The notes under the pieces were generated by a model. It saw only the letters and a list, made by a program, of their open reading frames with translations, had not been told where the DNA came from and did no database searches. The position numbers were made by a program, and so were the translations under genes. From NCBI GenBank assembly GCA_903877165.1, contig CAIRCU010000014.1, positions 2,280 through 66,279 on the forward strand: 64,000 nucleotides of DNA, in the 5' to 3' direction. The first letter of the stretch is position 1. Each line of letters opens with the position of its first letter. Source of the DNA: Methanobacteriota archaeon (GTDB taxonomy: Archaea > Thermoplasmatota > E2 > DHVEG-1). Below, in pieces: positions 20,488 to 29,751 of the stretch.

Positions 20488-22272
20488 TTACGCTGTTGCT
20501 TCAGACCGCGCAGTATTCCCGACCGCTATTGATAAGTTCGATATTTTCATAAACGAATACCGTTGGAGAAGCTGAAATAGGAACGGATTGGACTGTGTTT
20601 GAACAGTGTACGAAGCTAACGGGGTCTGTAGTGCCACGGGGATGAGTTCGAAATCCGTGGAATTGTCTTGGTTCTCCACGCGAATGTACCCATTAAAGTC
20701 CGAGTTCTCTTGATCTGGAGCCACAACCGACACATGTACCGTCACCTGTCCTTCCGCGGGAGTAAGATTCTCACCGGTCTCAGGAGTAAACGACCACGTC
20801 CCCCACGTCAGCAATGAGGCATTCACGGTCCAATTCAGCAACGACCCGACGTCTCCAACATTCAGTACCTGAAAACTTCCATTCACTGTCGCTCCTGGTT
20901 CGACATCGGTCCATGAAAGACTTCCAGAACAATCTAGATTCGGGGTATTAGTTGGCGGCTCTTGTCCTCCAGGCGGTATGTAATCGATTTTGAGTACTTC
21001 GCCGAATCCGGGATATTGGCTCACTGTTGTCCCGTCAGGAGTGACTTCGAAGATTTTTCCTGTTTCTCCGTTACATATTAGCGTATTGCCACTGGAGAGT
21101 CGTGTCGCGCCAGCAAGATGACCTACATAAAAATGCGGCTGCGGGTTATATATCCATGTCTGCGCAGTCGGCCCATAGGCGGAGCCCGGTGCAAGGTAAT
21201 AACTTCCGTTGTCTTCTACGGGTGGAGTAATCTCATCGACAGTAGAATACCCACGATTCACCCCATTGTTGAAGATAAGGATGTCCCCTACGCCAGGACA
21301 CCCGTCATCGATCCATTCCGTATCATGCTGCTCATACAGTTTTCTGTTGCTTGAGGTTCCTCGGTCGTATGCCTGTGGGTTGCCCCAGCGGTACAGAAGA
21401 TCGCCACCCCTGCCGCAGTTTCCACCACTATGGCCTGCTGCTTCTACTGTGGTCGTACTATGATCGATCACCCAAATTTCACTATAATACCGGACACTGA
21501 TTACTATCTGGTCTAAATGTTGATTATAGTCAATAGAATTCGTATGCATCAAATCTTGTTGTGATGACGTCACATAATTGATATCAACCAACTCGGGATG
21601 ATCTGCAACGACACCGTAGTTTGCTTTTACAGAATCGTAATCCTGAATCAGATGATCCCAAACGTGCCACTCCCAAACGATCGATCCACTCGTTGGCCCG
21701 GTCGGCTGCACTTCAATGATATGGTCAGGCATAAGACCTTGATTGGTCACATAGTTTGGATTTCTTCCTGCAGCAATGGCCTCAGTACGTGTTTTTGTTT
21801 CCCACGCAATTAACAGCACATTACCATTTGGTAACATTCTGACATCATGATGACTGAGATCCCCATTACTGTTGTAGCGATAATCCCATGTCACCGTCCC
21901 ATCCCATTGTACTATCTGAACGCCGCCGCCAGCCCCACCTGTACCAGGACCAGCACCAACGCGGATGGCACGAAGAATCGTACCATCACCCAACCACCGG
22001 GCCATACACCCAGGAAAATAACTGCTCGACCAGGAATGGTTGATCGTTCCAGAAGGATTCAACAGATACGTCGTCGTGCTGAACATCGGCGTGATGAGCA
22101 TTTCACCATCAACCGTGGTTGCACGGGGTTCATACGTGCTATCAACACGTTGAGACACGGACACAGGGATAAAACAAGATCCAAACAAAACAAGAATCAT
22201 TGGAAGCACAAGTGCTCGAAACCGGGTATATTCTCTGGCAGTATTACGATGCAATAATGACGTTATCTTCAT
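20488..22272 (-). CDS. Secreted arylsulfotransferase (ASST)-like beta-propeller protein with a C-terminal Ig/CARDB-like domain
   Basis: Start moved to the internal ATG (MKITSLL..., signal-like). Blocks HHDVRMLPNGNVL, IVWEWHVWDH, MHTNSIDYN and LYRWGNPQAY resemble the ASST family. AT-rich composition. Confidence 0.75.
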   Translation of the reverse strand: MKITSLLHRNTAREYTRFRALVLPMILVLFGSCFIPVSVSQRVDSTYEPRATTVDGEMLITPMFSTTTYLLNPSGTINHSWSSSYFPGCMARWLGDGTILRAIRVGAGPGTGGAGGGVQIVQWDGTVTWDYRYNSNGDLSHHDVRMLPNGNVLLIAWETKTRTEAIAAGRNPNYVTNQGLMPDHIIEVQPTGPTSGSIVWEWHVWDHLIQDYDSVKANYGVVADHPELVDINYVTSSQQDLMHTNSIDYNQHLDQIVISVRYYSEIWVIDHSTTTVEAAGHSGGNCGRGGDLLYRWGNPQAYDRGTSSNRKLYEQHDTEWIDDGCPGVGDILIFNNGVNRGYSTVDEITPPVEDNGSYYLAPGSAYGPTAQTWIYNPQPHFYVGHLAGATRLSSGNTLICNGETGKIFEVTPDGTTVSQYPGFGEVLKIDYIPPGGQEPPTNTPNLDCSGSLSWTDVEPGATVNGSFQVLNVGDVGSLLNWTVNASLLTWGTWSFTPETGENLTPAEGQVTVHVSVVAPDQENSDFNGYIRVENQDNSTDFELIPVALQTPLASYTVQTQSNPFLFQLLQRYSFMKISNLSIAVGNTARSEATA

Positions 22273-22480
22273 ATTAATTCCCCTTTTGAATAATACAGTG
22301 AATGGTAATAAACTTTCCGCCCTAATTCCTACCAAATTCATTGTCAACATGGGGTATTGTGTTCAAATCCTCTAATGGAAAATAAGTGTTCTAATATCAT
22401 CGACCGACCATTGTCGTGAAAATATCTTCCTCAAGGATTAATAATCAGAGGGCGGCACAGTGAATACCATTTCAATTAAA

Positions 22481-22529
22481 ACCAGTAAAAATAGCGCGGG
22501 GAGGGAGATTTTGACTCCTTTTTACTGGT
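22481..22529. repeat. Perfect 11-bp inverted repeat ACCAGTAAAAA/TTTTTACTGGT enclosing a 27-nt loop
   Basis: Read directly from the sequence. The loop contains the relic tRNA-Ser 3' fragment. It could alternatively be a terminator for the minus-strand gene ending at 22725. Confidence 0.6.
22495..22518 (-). repeat. Relic copy of the tRNA-Ser(GCU) 3' end (att-like direct repeat)
   Basis: The 16 nt cgcggggagggagatt are identical to 25775-25790, and 21/24 nt match 25775-25798. Orientation is the same as the intact tRNA. Confidence 0.6.
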
Positions 22530-22724
22530 AAAGAAAAGAAGTATTTCTCTTGGAAACCACGTACGGGGAGGAAGACCAGCTAGGCTATTTGACCCCCATT
22601 ATGCCGGGGGCGGACTTGAGCGCTTATAGGTCAGTTCCCACCCTATAAAAAATGATAATAATTGCGCTTAAAAGAATCATGTTACAAACGAGGATCCAAT
22701 TTTGCTAATAACCTATAGGAACGA

Positions 22725-23345
22725 TCATTTGACTCTTGGGATAAGTCGTGGAGTCCGTTTCATGTATTCACGATACTCATTACCAAACTTGTCAATCAAC
22801 ATTGCCTCTTCATTTTTCATCTGTGAATACACCAATATTATCAAGGGAACTGTAGGTAAAAGAATGAGCCAATTAGCAGCAATAAGGGCGAGGGAAAGTA
22901 TGTAGAGAAAGGATCCAAGATAGATTGGGTTCCTTACATAGCGGTATGGCCCATTGGTTACAAGAGTCTGCGTCTTCATCTGTAAGAATGTAGAAGATTC
23001 AAATGCATGAACCCAATTCTTGCCAATAGTCCGATACCCCCAGATCGTGAATGGAATGCTAGGAATAGCCACGCCGATCATGATTGCTCTGAACCAGTCT
23101 GGCAACGGGATTGAGAGAAACGCTATCAAACCGGGAAATATCATATACAGTATTATTCCTCCAAACCAGAAAGGCCCAAACATTGCAAGAGCGATTATAT
23201 GTAAACGACTTTCATGTCTAATCGCCTGAATGGTTGATGATGTATCGGTAGTTTTCCTTGTCGTGTATCGTATCCATGTTAAATTGGTGATGAAGATAAG
23301 CCATAGGATGATGAAGATAATCCTGAACAGAAGTTCATTCGTCAT
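22725..23345 (-). CDS. Isoprenylcysteine carboxyl methyltransferase (ICMT)/phospholipid methyltransferase family membrane protein
   Basis: 206 aa, multi-TM. C-terminal blocks GPYRYVRNPIYLG and EEAMLIDKFGNEYREYMKRTPRLIP are typical of the family. Very AT-rich. Confidence 0.75.
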   Translation of the reverse strand: MTNELLFRIIFIILWLIFITNLTWIRYTTRKTTDTSSTIQAIRHESRLHIIALAMFGPFWFGGIILYMIFPGLIAFLSIPLPDWFRAIMIGVAIPSIPFTIWGYRTIGKNWVHAFESSTFLQMKTQTLVTNGPYRYVRNPIYLGSFLYILSLALIAANWLILLPTVPLIILVYSQMKNEEAMLIDKFGNEYREYMKRTPRLIPRVK

Positions 23346-23559
23346 CCTGGTTCACCTCCATTGTCATCAATCGATAATCAACTATTTCCTTATAATCATA
23401 CAGTCTTTAGATAGGGAGACGAAAAACCATTATACGGGAAAAATAATGGTGGGATTTCTTCCGTCGCGAAGAGGGGCTCCAATTTAATAGTGATTAAACC
23501 AGGAACATATAAATAAATAGAAGTATTACGAATTTTACCATGGGGTGGAGAATGGTATT

Positions 23560-25008
23560 ATGAAAGAAAAACATTTGACCACAAACCAAGCTGTTCCAAT
23601 CACTGACAATCAGAACTCGTTGACAGTTGGTGATCATGGCCCTGTGTTATTACAGGATGTCCAGTTTATCGAGAAGATGGCTCACTTTGACAGGGAGCGC
23701 ATCCCTGAACGGGTTGTCCATGCTAAAGGGGCAGGAGCACACGGCTATTTCCAAGTTTACAAGAGTATGGCACCGTACACGAAGGCACAATTTCTTCAAA
23801 ATCCAAAGAAAAGAACCCCTGTATTCGTAAGGTTTTCAACAGTCACCGGAGGACGAGGCTCTGCAGACACCGTGCGGGATCCCCGGGGGTTTGCTGTGAA
23901 GTTTTATACCGAAGAGGGAAACTATGACCTCGTTGGGAACAACCTCCCGGTCTTTTTTATCAGGGACGCCATCAAGTTCCCAGACATGGTTCATGCCTTC
24001 AAGGGTGCACCGGATAGCAATATGCCATCGTCATCTTCTGCACATAATCGCTTCTGGGATTTCATCTCCTTAACACCGGAATCGACTCATATGATCACCT
24101 GGGTTTTTTCCGATCGAGGGACGCCGAAAAGCTATCGTATGATGGAGGGGTTCGGCGTCAACACCTATGTATGGGTCAACGATAAAGGAAAGGCTGTGTA
24201 TGTGAAATACCACTGGAAGCCTAAATTAGGTGTACATAACCTCGACCGTCATGAAGCAACAAAGCTGGCAGGTGCTGACCCAGATTACCTTACCAGAGAT
24301 CTCCGCGACACAATCGCTAGGGAAGGAGAGGTCGAGTATGGACTCAATGTTCAGTTGATGGATATCGCCGATGAATTGAAACAGGATTTCGATCCCCTCG
24401 ATGCCACGAAAACCTGGCCTGAAGACAAATTCCCTTTGATGCCTGTGGGCAAAATGGTGCTCAATCGCAATCCTAAAAATTTTTTCACCGAAGTGGAGCA
24501 AGCGGCATTCTGTCCCGCCAGCGTTGTCCCAGGCATTGAATTCTCTTCCGATAAGTTGCTCCAAGGTCGAACGTTCTCCTACGCTGATACTCAACGCTAT
24601 CGGTTGGGTGCGAACTATCTGCAGCTTCCCATTAACCACCCTCTTGCACCAGTCAACAACCATCAACGCGATGGAGCTATGCAAATCGGAGAATTCAGTG
24701 GGCAGGTCAATTACGAGCCCAGTAGTTTTGCTGATGGTATGCTTAAGGAGGCTCTTTCTAGTGTCTCACGCGTCAATAGGATTGAAGGAGAAGTAACTCG
24801 TCAGAAAATCAACTTAACAAATGATTTCGCACAGGCTGGTGAAAGATATCGCTCTTTAAGTAAGATAGATCAAGAACATCTGGTGGATAACCTCATCGCT
24901 GATCTTATACACATTGACAAACCGATACAGCAGCGGGTAATTGAGAACCTAATTAAAGCTGATGCGAAATTAGGTAAATCTGTAGCCAACGGTTTAAAAC
25001 TCAAATAG
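23560..25008 (+). CDS. katA: Monofunctional heme catalase
   Basis: Motifs FDRERIPERVVHAKGAGAHGYF, RFSTV.G, GNNLPVFFIRD and RLGANY. About 480 aa. Start set at the ATG (MKEKHL); the track ORF begins at a GTG 15 nt upstream. Confidence 0.93.
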   Translation: MKEKHLTTNQAVPITDNQNSLTVGDHGPVLLQDVQFIEKMAHFDRERIPERVVHAKGAGAHGYFQVYKSMAPYTKAQFLQNPKKRTPVFVRFSTVTGGRGSADTVRDPRGFAVKFYTEEGNYDLVGNNLPVFFIRDAIKFPDMVHAFKGAPDSNMPSSSSAHNRFWDFISLTPESTHMITWVFSDRGTPKSYRMMEGFGVNTYVWVNDKGKAVYVKYHWKPKLGVHNLDRHEATKLAGADPDYLTRDLRDTIAREGEVEYGLNVQLMDIADELKQDFDPLDATKTWPEDKFPLMPVGKMVLNRNPKNFFTEVEQAAFCPASVVPGIEFSSDKLLQGRTFSYADTQRYRLGANYLQLPINHPLAPVNNHQRDGAMQIGEFSGQVNYEPSSFADGMLKEALSSVSRVNRIEGEVTRQKINLTNDFAQAGERYRSLSKIDQEHLVDNLIADLIHIDKPIQQRVIENLIKADAKLGKSVANGLKLK

Positions 25009-25185
25009 ATGATTTAGAAAGAGAATCGCTACCCCCTATAACTTATACCTATCCCGCCGGATTTTAAAGATCCCTGTAGGAATCTGAGCATCAATTTATC
25101 AGTAAATTTATTTATGATTGAATGTGGATGGCAAACATCTTTATTATAAGCTGTATTGATTGCACAATTGATTTAGGAGCATCGT

Positions 25186-25665
25186 ATGGTGTATGAAGTT
25201 TCAATAGATAATCTGGTTATTTTTTCTACAATTATCTACTACGCTTTCTTGTGCATAGTATATTTATTACGAGCTTATGAGCGCAATAAACTGGAATTGA
25301 TGTTAGCCCCAGTCTTTAGTTTCCTGTTGATCCCATTTGTTATTTTATGGACAGTGAATCTTCTCAATGGAAGTGATTGTGGACGCCTGATTACAGGACT
25401 GCCGATAATCATCTTTCTGGTCTATGACCTCTGGTATCGTTTTATTACACAAAAAAAACCTCAACATCATCCCGATCGTTGGCCATTTGGTTTAATAATA
25501 TATTTGATACTGCTTCAAATTGGAAGCATAGCCTTGAATTGGTACGGGTTTCTTGTATCAAAATTCTATGGGAATGTACTCATAATTAGTTACTTCATTA
25601 TGTTGGGATGTTTTGGCTTTTATCAAAATAGATATAATAAGAGGAAAAAAGGCAGTAATGATTGA
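25186..25665 (+). CDS. Hypothetical 5-TM membrane protein
   Basis: 159-aa ORF, strongly hydrophobic and extremely AT-rich (roughly 30 percent GC by eye). No family recognised. Confidence 0.45.
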   Translation: MVYEVSIDNLVIFSTIIYYAFLCIVYLLRAYERNKLELMLAPVFSFLLIPFVILWTVNLLNGSDCGRLITGLPIIIFLVYDLWYRFITQKKPQHHPDRWPFGLIIYLILLQIGSIALNWYGFLVSKFYGNVLIISYFIMLGCFGFYQNRYNKRKKGSND

Positions 25666-25774
25666 GGATAAAAAAAAGTGCAGAAGAAGGGTTTTGAATC
25701 CTTGGGAATTAAAATCGGTCTGATTATTCATTCTATTAAATAACCATGCAAATCATAACCGTGCTAAATATTTA

Positions 25775-25857
25775 CGCGGGGAGGGAGATTCGAACTCCCG
25801 AGGTCAGAGACCATAGGATTAGCAATCCTACGCCTTACCAGGCTGGGCCATCCCCGC
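25775..25857 (-). tRNA. tRNA-Ser (anticodon GCU), class II with long variable arm, no encoded CCA
   Basis: Hand-folded. Acceptor GCGGGGA/TCCCCGC, anticodon arm TAGGA-TTGCTAA-TCCTA, variable stem GGTC-TCT-GACC, T arm GGGAG-TTCGAAT-CTCCC. Confidence 0.9.
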
Positions 25858-25963
25858 ACCGGGAATACCGGAGTATAAGCCCTCCTCATAAAAAGGTTAT
25901 CTTCCCTTACCACCAAGCAACGTTAAAATACCAGACGCCTCCTACGACTCCCTGTAGACTTCT

Positions 25964-27382
25964 ATGGACGACTGGACCGAGAAATACCGCCCACAAAGCC
26001 TTCGCGGCCTCATCGGTAACGACACCGTACTATCCCAGCTGCGCCGCTGGGCCACCGAATGGACCCAAGAGACACCACCCAAGAAACGCGTGGTCATCCT
26101 CTCCGGGAAACCAGGCATTGGCAAGACCAGCGCGGCCCACGCCCTCGCCCACGACCTCGGCTGGACCATCATCGAACTCAACGCCGCAGACGCACGCAAC
26201 GAAACCGTCCTTCGACGCATCGCAGGTTCTGGCTCCGCCAACGAGACCTTCGATGACACCGGCCGCTATATCCCCTCCCGAGAAGGCGGCCGCAAACTCA
26301 TTATCCTAGACGAGGCGGACACCCTCTGCGAACGCGGCGAACAGACCACTGAGGGCGGCCATGATTACAGCGACCGCGGCGCTAAGAAAGCCATCGTCGC
26401 CATGGCCAAGACCACCCGCCAGCCCCTCATGCTCATCGTCAACGACTACTACACCCTCATCCGCGGCGGCGGAGAACCGTTTAAGACCCTGTGCCTGCAC
26501 CTCCCCTTCCATGACGTCACCACCAGCCAGATCACCGAACTGCTTAAACACATCTGCCATAGTGAAAACATCATCACCGACACCAAGATCCTGACTGCAA
26601 TAGCGGCACGCTCCAAAGGCGACGTCCGCTCCGCCGTCAACGACCTGCAGGCCGTCAGCCTCAACCGCACTAGCCTCGACATCAAGGCCTTGGACGCTGT
26701 CGGGTACCGAGACCGAGAGACAGTTATCTTCGATGCGGTCCGTGACGTCTTCAAAGCCCGGGACAGTGCGACCAGCCGCAACAGCATGCGCGGCGCCGAC
26801 ATCGACCCTGAGACCTTTATTCTGTGGATCTCTGAGAACATCCCGCGTGAGTACCTCGACGTGGACGACCTTGCCGCTGGCTTTGACGCGGTTGCCCTGG
26901 CGGACGTGTTCCTTGGCAGAGTCCATCGCCGCCAATCCTACGACCTCTGGGCGTACGCCTCTGACCTGATGAGCGCGGGCGTCACTGCTGCGAAGACCCA
27001 TCCGTACGGGAACATGATCTACGCGTATCCCACCTGGATTCGAGAGATGAAAGGCAGTCAACCTCCTCGGGCGCTCCGGGACGCCGTCGCTGTGAAACTC
27101 GCGCGCCTCACTCATGTCTCCAAACACAAGGCACGCGACCAGTTCCTCCCCATGTTCCATCGGCTGTTCCAAGAAGACCTCGCGTTCGCGCGATGTATGA
27201 CCACACGCCTTGATTTGACTGAGGCGGAGGCACGGTTCCTGCTTGGGAAAACCCATGAGCATCGGCTCCCGGAAATCCTCAATGATACGGAGACGGTTGC
27301 AGTGGAGCGACGCGTCGACAAGCAATCGGTAGAGAAGAAGGAATCAGAGGAGACGAGGCAGCCGAGTCTCTTGGATTTCTAA
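25964..27382 (+). CDS. rfcL: Replication factor C large subunit
   Basis: N-terminal WTEKYRP..L..L.GN and Walker A GKPGIGKTS, then ILDEAD. About 470 aa with an acidic/charged C-terminal tail ending in a PIP-like SLLDF. Confidence 0.9.
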   Translation: MDDWTEKYRPQSLRGLIGNDTVLSQLRRWATEWTQETPPKKRVVILSGKPGIGKTSAAHALAHDLGWTIIELNAADARNETVLRRIAGSGSANETFDDTGRYIPSREGGRKLIILDEADTLCERGEQTTEGGHDYSDRGAKKAIVAMAKTTRQPLMLIVNDYYTLIRGGGEPFKTLCLHLPFHDVTTSQITELLKHICHSENIITDTKILTAIAARSKGDVRSAVNDLQAVSLNRTSLDIKALDAVGYRDRETVIFDAVRDVFKARDSATSRNSMRGADIDPETFILWISENIPREYLDVDDLAAGFDAVALADVFLGRVHRRQSYDLWAYASDLMSAGVTAAKTHPYGNMIYAYPTWIREMKGSQPPRALRDAVAVKLARLTHVSKHKARDQFLPMFHRLFQEDLAFARCMTTRLDLTEAEARFLLGKTHEHRLPEILNDTETVAVERRVDKQSVEKKESEETRQPSLLDF

Positions 27383-28194
27383 GACTCTGGTTTCTTGACG
27401 TCCTCAAGGCGGCGCATGGTATCCACGGCCTGTGCTTTGTATTCCTCTTTGAGTTTTGTGTACGTCTCGTCTGAGATGTCTTTGGCGCGGTACCGTTTCT
27501 CGAGGTCTTTAAGTAGCTCGAGCAGCAAATCTTTTTTCGTTACCAGGGTCTGCGGTGTGTCCACGGTGCCGACGCGTTTGCGGCGGCGCTGACGCCGGAA
27601 GACTAAAAGGAGGAGTGTCAGGACGATGACGACGATGAGGAACACAATGAGTAAGGTCGAGAGTCCCAGCGGCGCCTCCGAGGGGTTGTACAGCTGGATG
27701 GAGATCTCATACGGCGGGGTGGATTTCACGAAATCCTTCCCGGACAGCAGCGGCTGGGTGTTGTAGGTGACGATCAGCTGCGATGTGTTGTAGAGGAAGT
27801 CTTTGGTGAACCGGGCCGTGCTCGTGGGCAGCGTATACGAGACGGTGACCTCCATGGATGCTAACGGGGTAAGGACGAGATGGGTTGCAGAGAGGTTGCA
27901 TTCGCGGATGTTTCCGTTCACCACGGGCTGGAGTGCGGTGCCGCTTTTCGTCGCTACGATGGAGACATCTGAGGATACGTCGCTTTGGATCCAGAAGCGC
28001 AGTAGCGTGACGTTCTCGCTGCCGTGGTTGGTCAGGGTGATCGTCTCCTCCACGTGAAATCCGCTGTCTGTCATAGTGATTGCCGCGGTCTGGGAGTCGG
28101 TGACGATTCCGGTGTCGCTCAGGGCGTTCGTCGGGATGGCGATGCAGCTGAGTGCGAGCAGCACGATGAGAAGATAAATGCTGGCGTTCCTCAT
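27379..28194 (-). CDS. Type I membrane protein: signal peptide, extracellular beta-rich domain, TM helix, and a charged SHOCT-like cytoplasmic tail
   Basis: 271 aa. N-terminal hydrophobic signal, TM at LSTLLIVFLIVVIVLTLLLLVF followed by RRQRRRKR, and tail KDISDETYTKLKEEYK. Confidence 0.5.
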   Translation of the reverse strand: MRNASIYLLIVLLALSCIAIPTNALSDTGIVTDSQTAAITMTDSGFHVEETITLTNHGSENVTLLRFWIQSDVSSDVSIVATKSGTALQPVVNGNIRECNLSATHLVLTPLASMEVTVSYTLPTSTARFTKDFLYNTSQLIVTYNTQPLLSGKDFVKSTPPYEISIQLYNPSEAPLGLSTLLIVFLIVVIVLTLLLLVFRRQRRRKRVGTVDTPQTLVTKKDLLLELLKDLEKRYRAKDISDETYTKLKEEYKAQAVDTMRRLEDVKKPES

Positions 28195-28314
28195 AGGAAG
28201 TCGGCGCTACGATACCGTGTTTTCCTTATCTACTTTTCGACCTTGTGTTGAAGGAATCGGGTGGTTTTAAATAATATCAGCGGGTTGCCCTCCTCATCTT
28301 AGGTGTGAGAGACT

Positions 28315-28812
28315 ATGACAGTTGGGATTGTCTATTATTCACGCACGGGGAACACTCGGAAAGCTGCGGAACTTCTCGCCGACAAGATCAAGGCGAAAGG
28401 CCAATCTGTTGAGTTCGTGGAGATCGAGGCGGTGCGCCGCCCCGGGTTTCTATCAGCGGGCCACGCCTCACAACAACAGAAGGAACTTCCAATCAAGAAT
28501 GAACCTGTGGATCTAGGGAAGTACGATTTCGTAGTGTTCGGCATCCCAGTGTGGGCTGGTCTCCCCTCCCCGATGTTGAAGTCGTTCCTTACGAAGGTGC
28601 CTGGGAATCCGCGGGTTCCCGCCGCGTGTTTCCTCTGTGGTGGCGGGAAGGCTGGGAAGCAAGACCGTGGCACCACCTGTCTGAAGGAATGGGTCACGGG
28701 CAAAGGCTTTGTTCTACGTGAGCCAGTCCTTGTGTTGCAGATGGGCCGGGGTGGTATCCGAAGTCAGAGCATATCGGTGGATGAGTTTCTCACCGCTGTT
28801 CTGCCACGTTAG
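28315..28812 (+). CDS. Flavodoxin-family protein
   Basis: The N-terminal IVYYSRTGNTRKAAE FMN-binding loop motif; 165 aa. Confidence 0.7.
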   Translation: MTVGIVYYSRTGNTRKAAELLADKIKAKGQSVEFVEIEAVRRPGFLSAGHASQQQKELPIKNEPVDLGKYDFVVFGIPVWAGLPSPMLKSFLTKVPGNPRVPAACFLCGGGKAGKQDRGTTCLKEWVTGKGFVLREPVLVLQMGRGGIRSQSISVDEFLTAVLPR

Positions 28813-28818
28813 GAAGAC

Positions 28819-29730
28819 TCACATCGAACGAAGCCGGCGGATGCGTTCATCCAACGGTGGGTGCGTCGACCAGATCGAGTCGCGCAACGCCCGTTTGAAG
28901 GGGTTCACGATGTAGAGCGGTGCGACCGTCTTCGATCCTTTCGGGTCGTCAGGGATGTCTGCCTCGATTTTTTCCAGTGCTTTTGCGAGTCCCTCTGGGT
29001 TTCTCGTCAGGTACGCTCCGTCGGCGTCTGCGAGGTACTCCCGGCGTCGAGAGATGGCGAGGTACGTGAGCCGTGAGAAGATCGGCGCGAGGACGATGAA
29101 GACAATCCCGATGATGACCAGGATGATGCCGCCTCCGCCGCGGTCCCGCCTGTTCCCTCCCGCACCGCCCCAAAAAAGGGAGTAGAGGATGATTTCAGAC
29201 AGCAGTGCTATCGCGCCGACGACGCCGACCGTCACCGTCATCACCAGGGTATCCCGGTTCATGATGTGGCTCATCTCATGGCCGATGACGCCCTCGAGCT
29301 CCTCGGAGTTCAGCTTTTGGATCGCCCCGGTCGTCGCGCAGATGATGGAATCCTCCGGTTTATGCCCGGTCGCAAACGCGTTGATGTCGTGCGAGTCCTG
29401 CACGTACACCTTCGGGGTGGGAAGCCCAGCGGCTGTCGCCATCTCGTCAACCTTGTTCATCAGGAGTCGCTCATCCCGGTTGTTCGGGTCCGCGGGACGC
29501 GCCCGTGCCGCCGATATCACGCTTTGAACGGAGAATGAGTAGGTAATCAAAATGTAGACGAGGACGACCGGAAGCGCAACAAGGGTCGTGAAGAGAGGGG
29601 GCGTGTCGAGTACGATGCCTATCGCGAGGATGACGCCGAAGAGGAGCACACCCATGAACATGCAAATCAGGACGGTGTCCCGTTTGTTTTTCCGTATGTG
29701 GTCCTCTACAAGACGTGGTTGCTGCTCCAT
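28819..29730 (-). CDS. htpX: M48 zinc metalloprotease HtpX
   Basis: HEMSHIMNRD (HExxH), two N-terminal TM helices plus a central hydrophobic hairpin, and a C-terminal STHPPLDERI motif. Confidence 0.9.
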   Translation of the reverse strand: MEQQPRLVEDHIRKNKRDTVLICMFMGVLLFGVILAIGIVLDTPPLFTTLVALPVVLVYILITYSFSVQSVISAARARPADPNNRDERLLMNKVDEMATAAGLPTPKVYVQDSHDINAFATGHKPEDSIICATTGAIQKLNSEELEGVIGHEMSHIMNRDTLVMTVTVGVVGAIALLSEIILYSLFWGGAGGNRRDRGGGGIILVIIGIVFIVLAPIFSRLTYLAISRRREYLADADGAYLTRNPEGLAKALEKIEADIPDDPKGSKTVAPLYIVNPFKRALRDSIWSTHPPLDERIRRLRSM

Positions 29731-29751
29731 GGTCTCAGACGAAAGCCCTAC

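Noticed and set aside
22531-22660. Possible degraded tRNA or ncRNA next to the relic tRNA-Ser fragment. It has a D-arm-like TAGCCTAGCTGGTC on the minus strand and a CCCCC-N8-GGGGG hairpin at 22591-22611.
   Set aside because: I could not fold a cloverleaf on either strand. The similarity to tRNA-Ser beyond the 24-nt 3' fragment is too weak to call by eye. It needs tRNAscan or Infernal.
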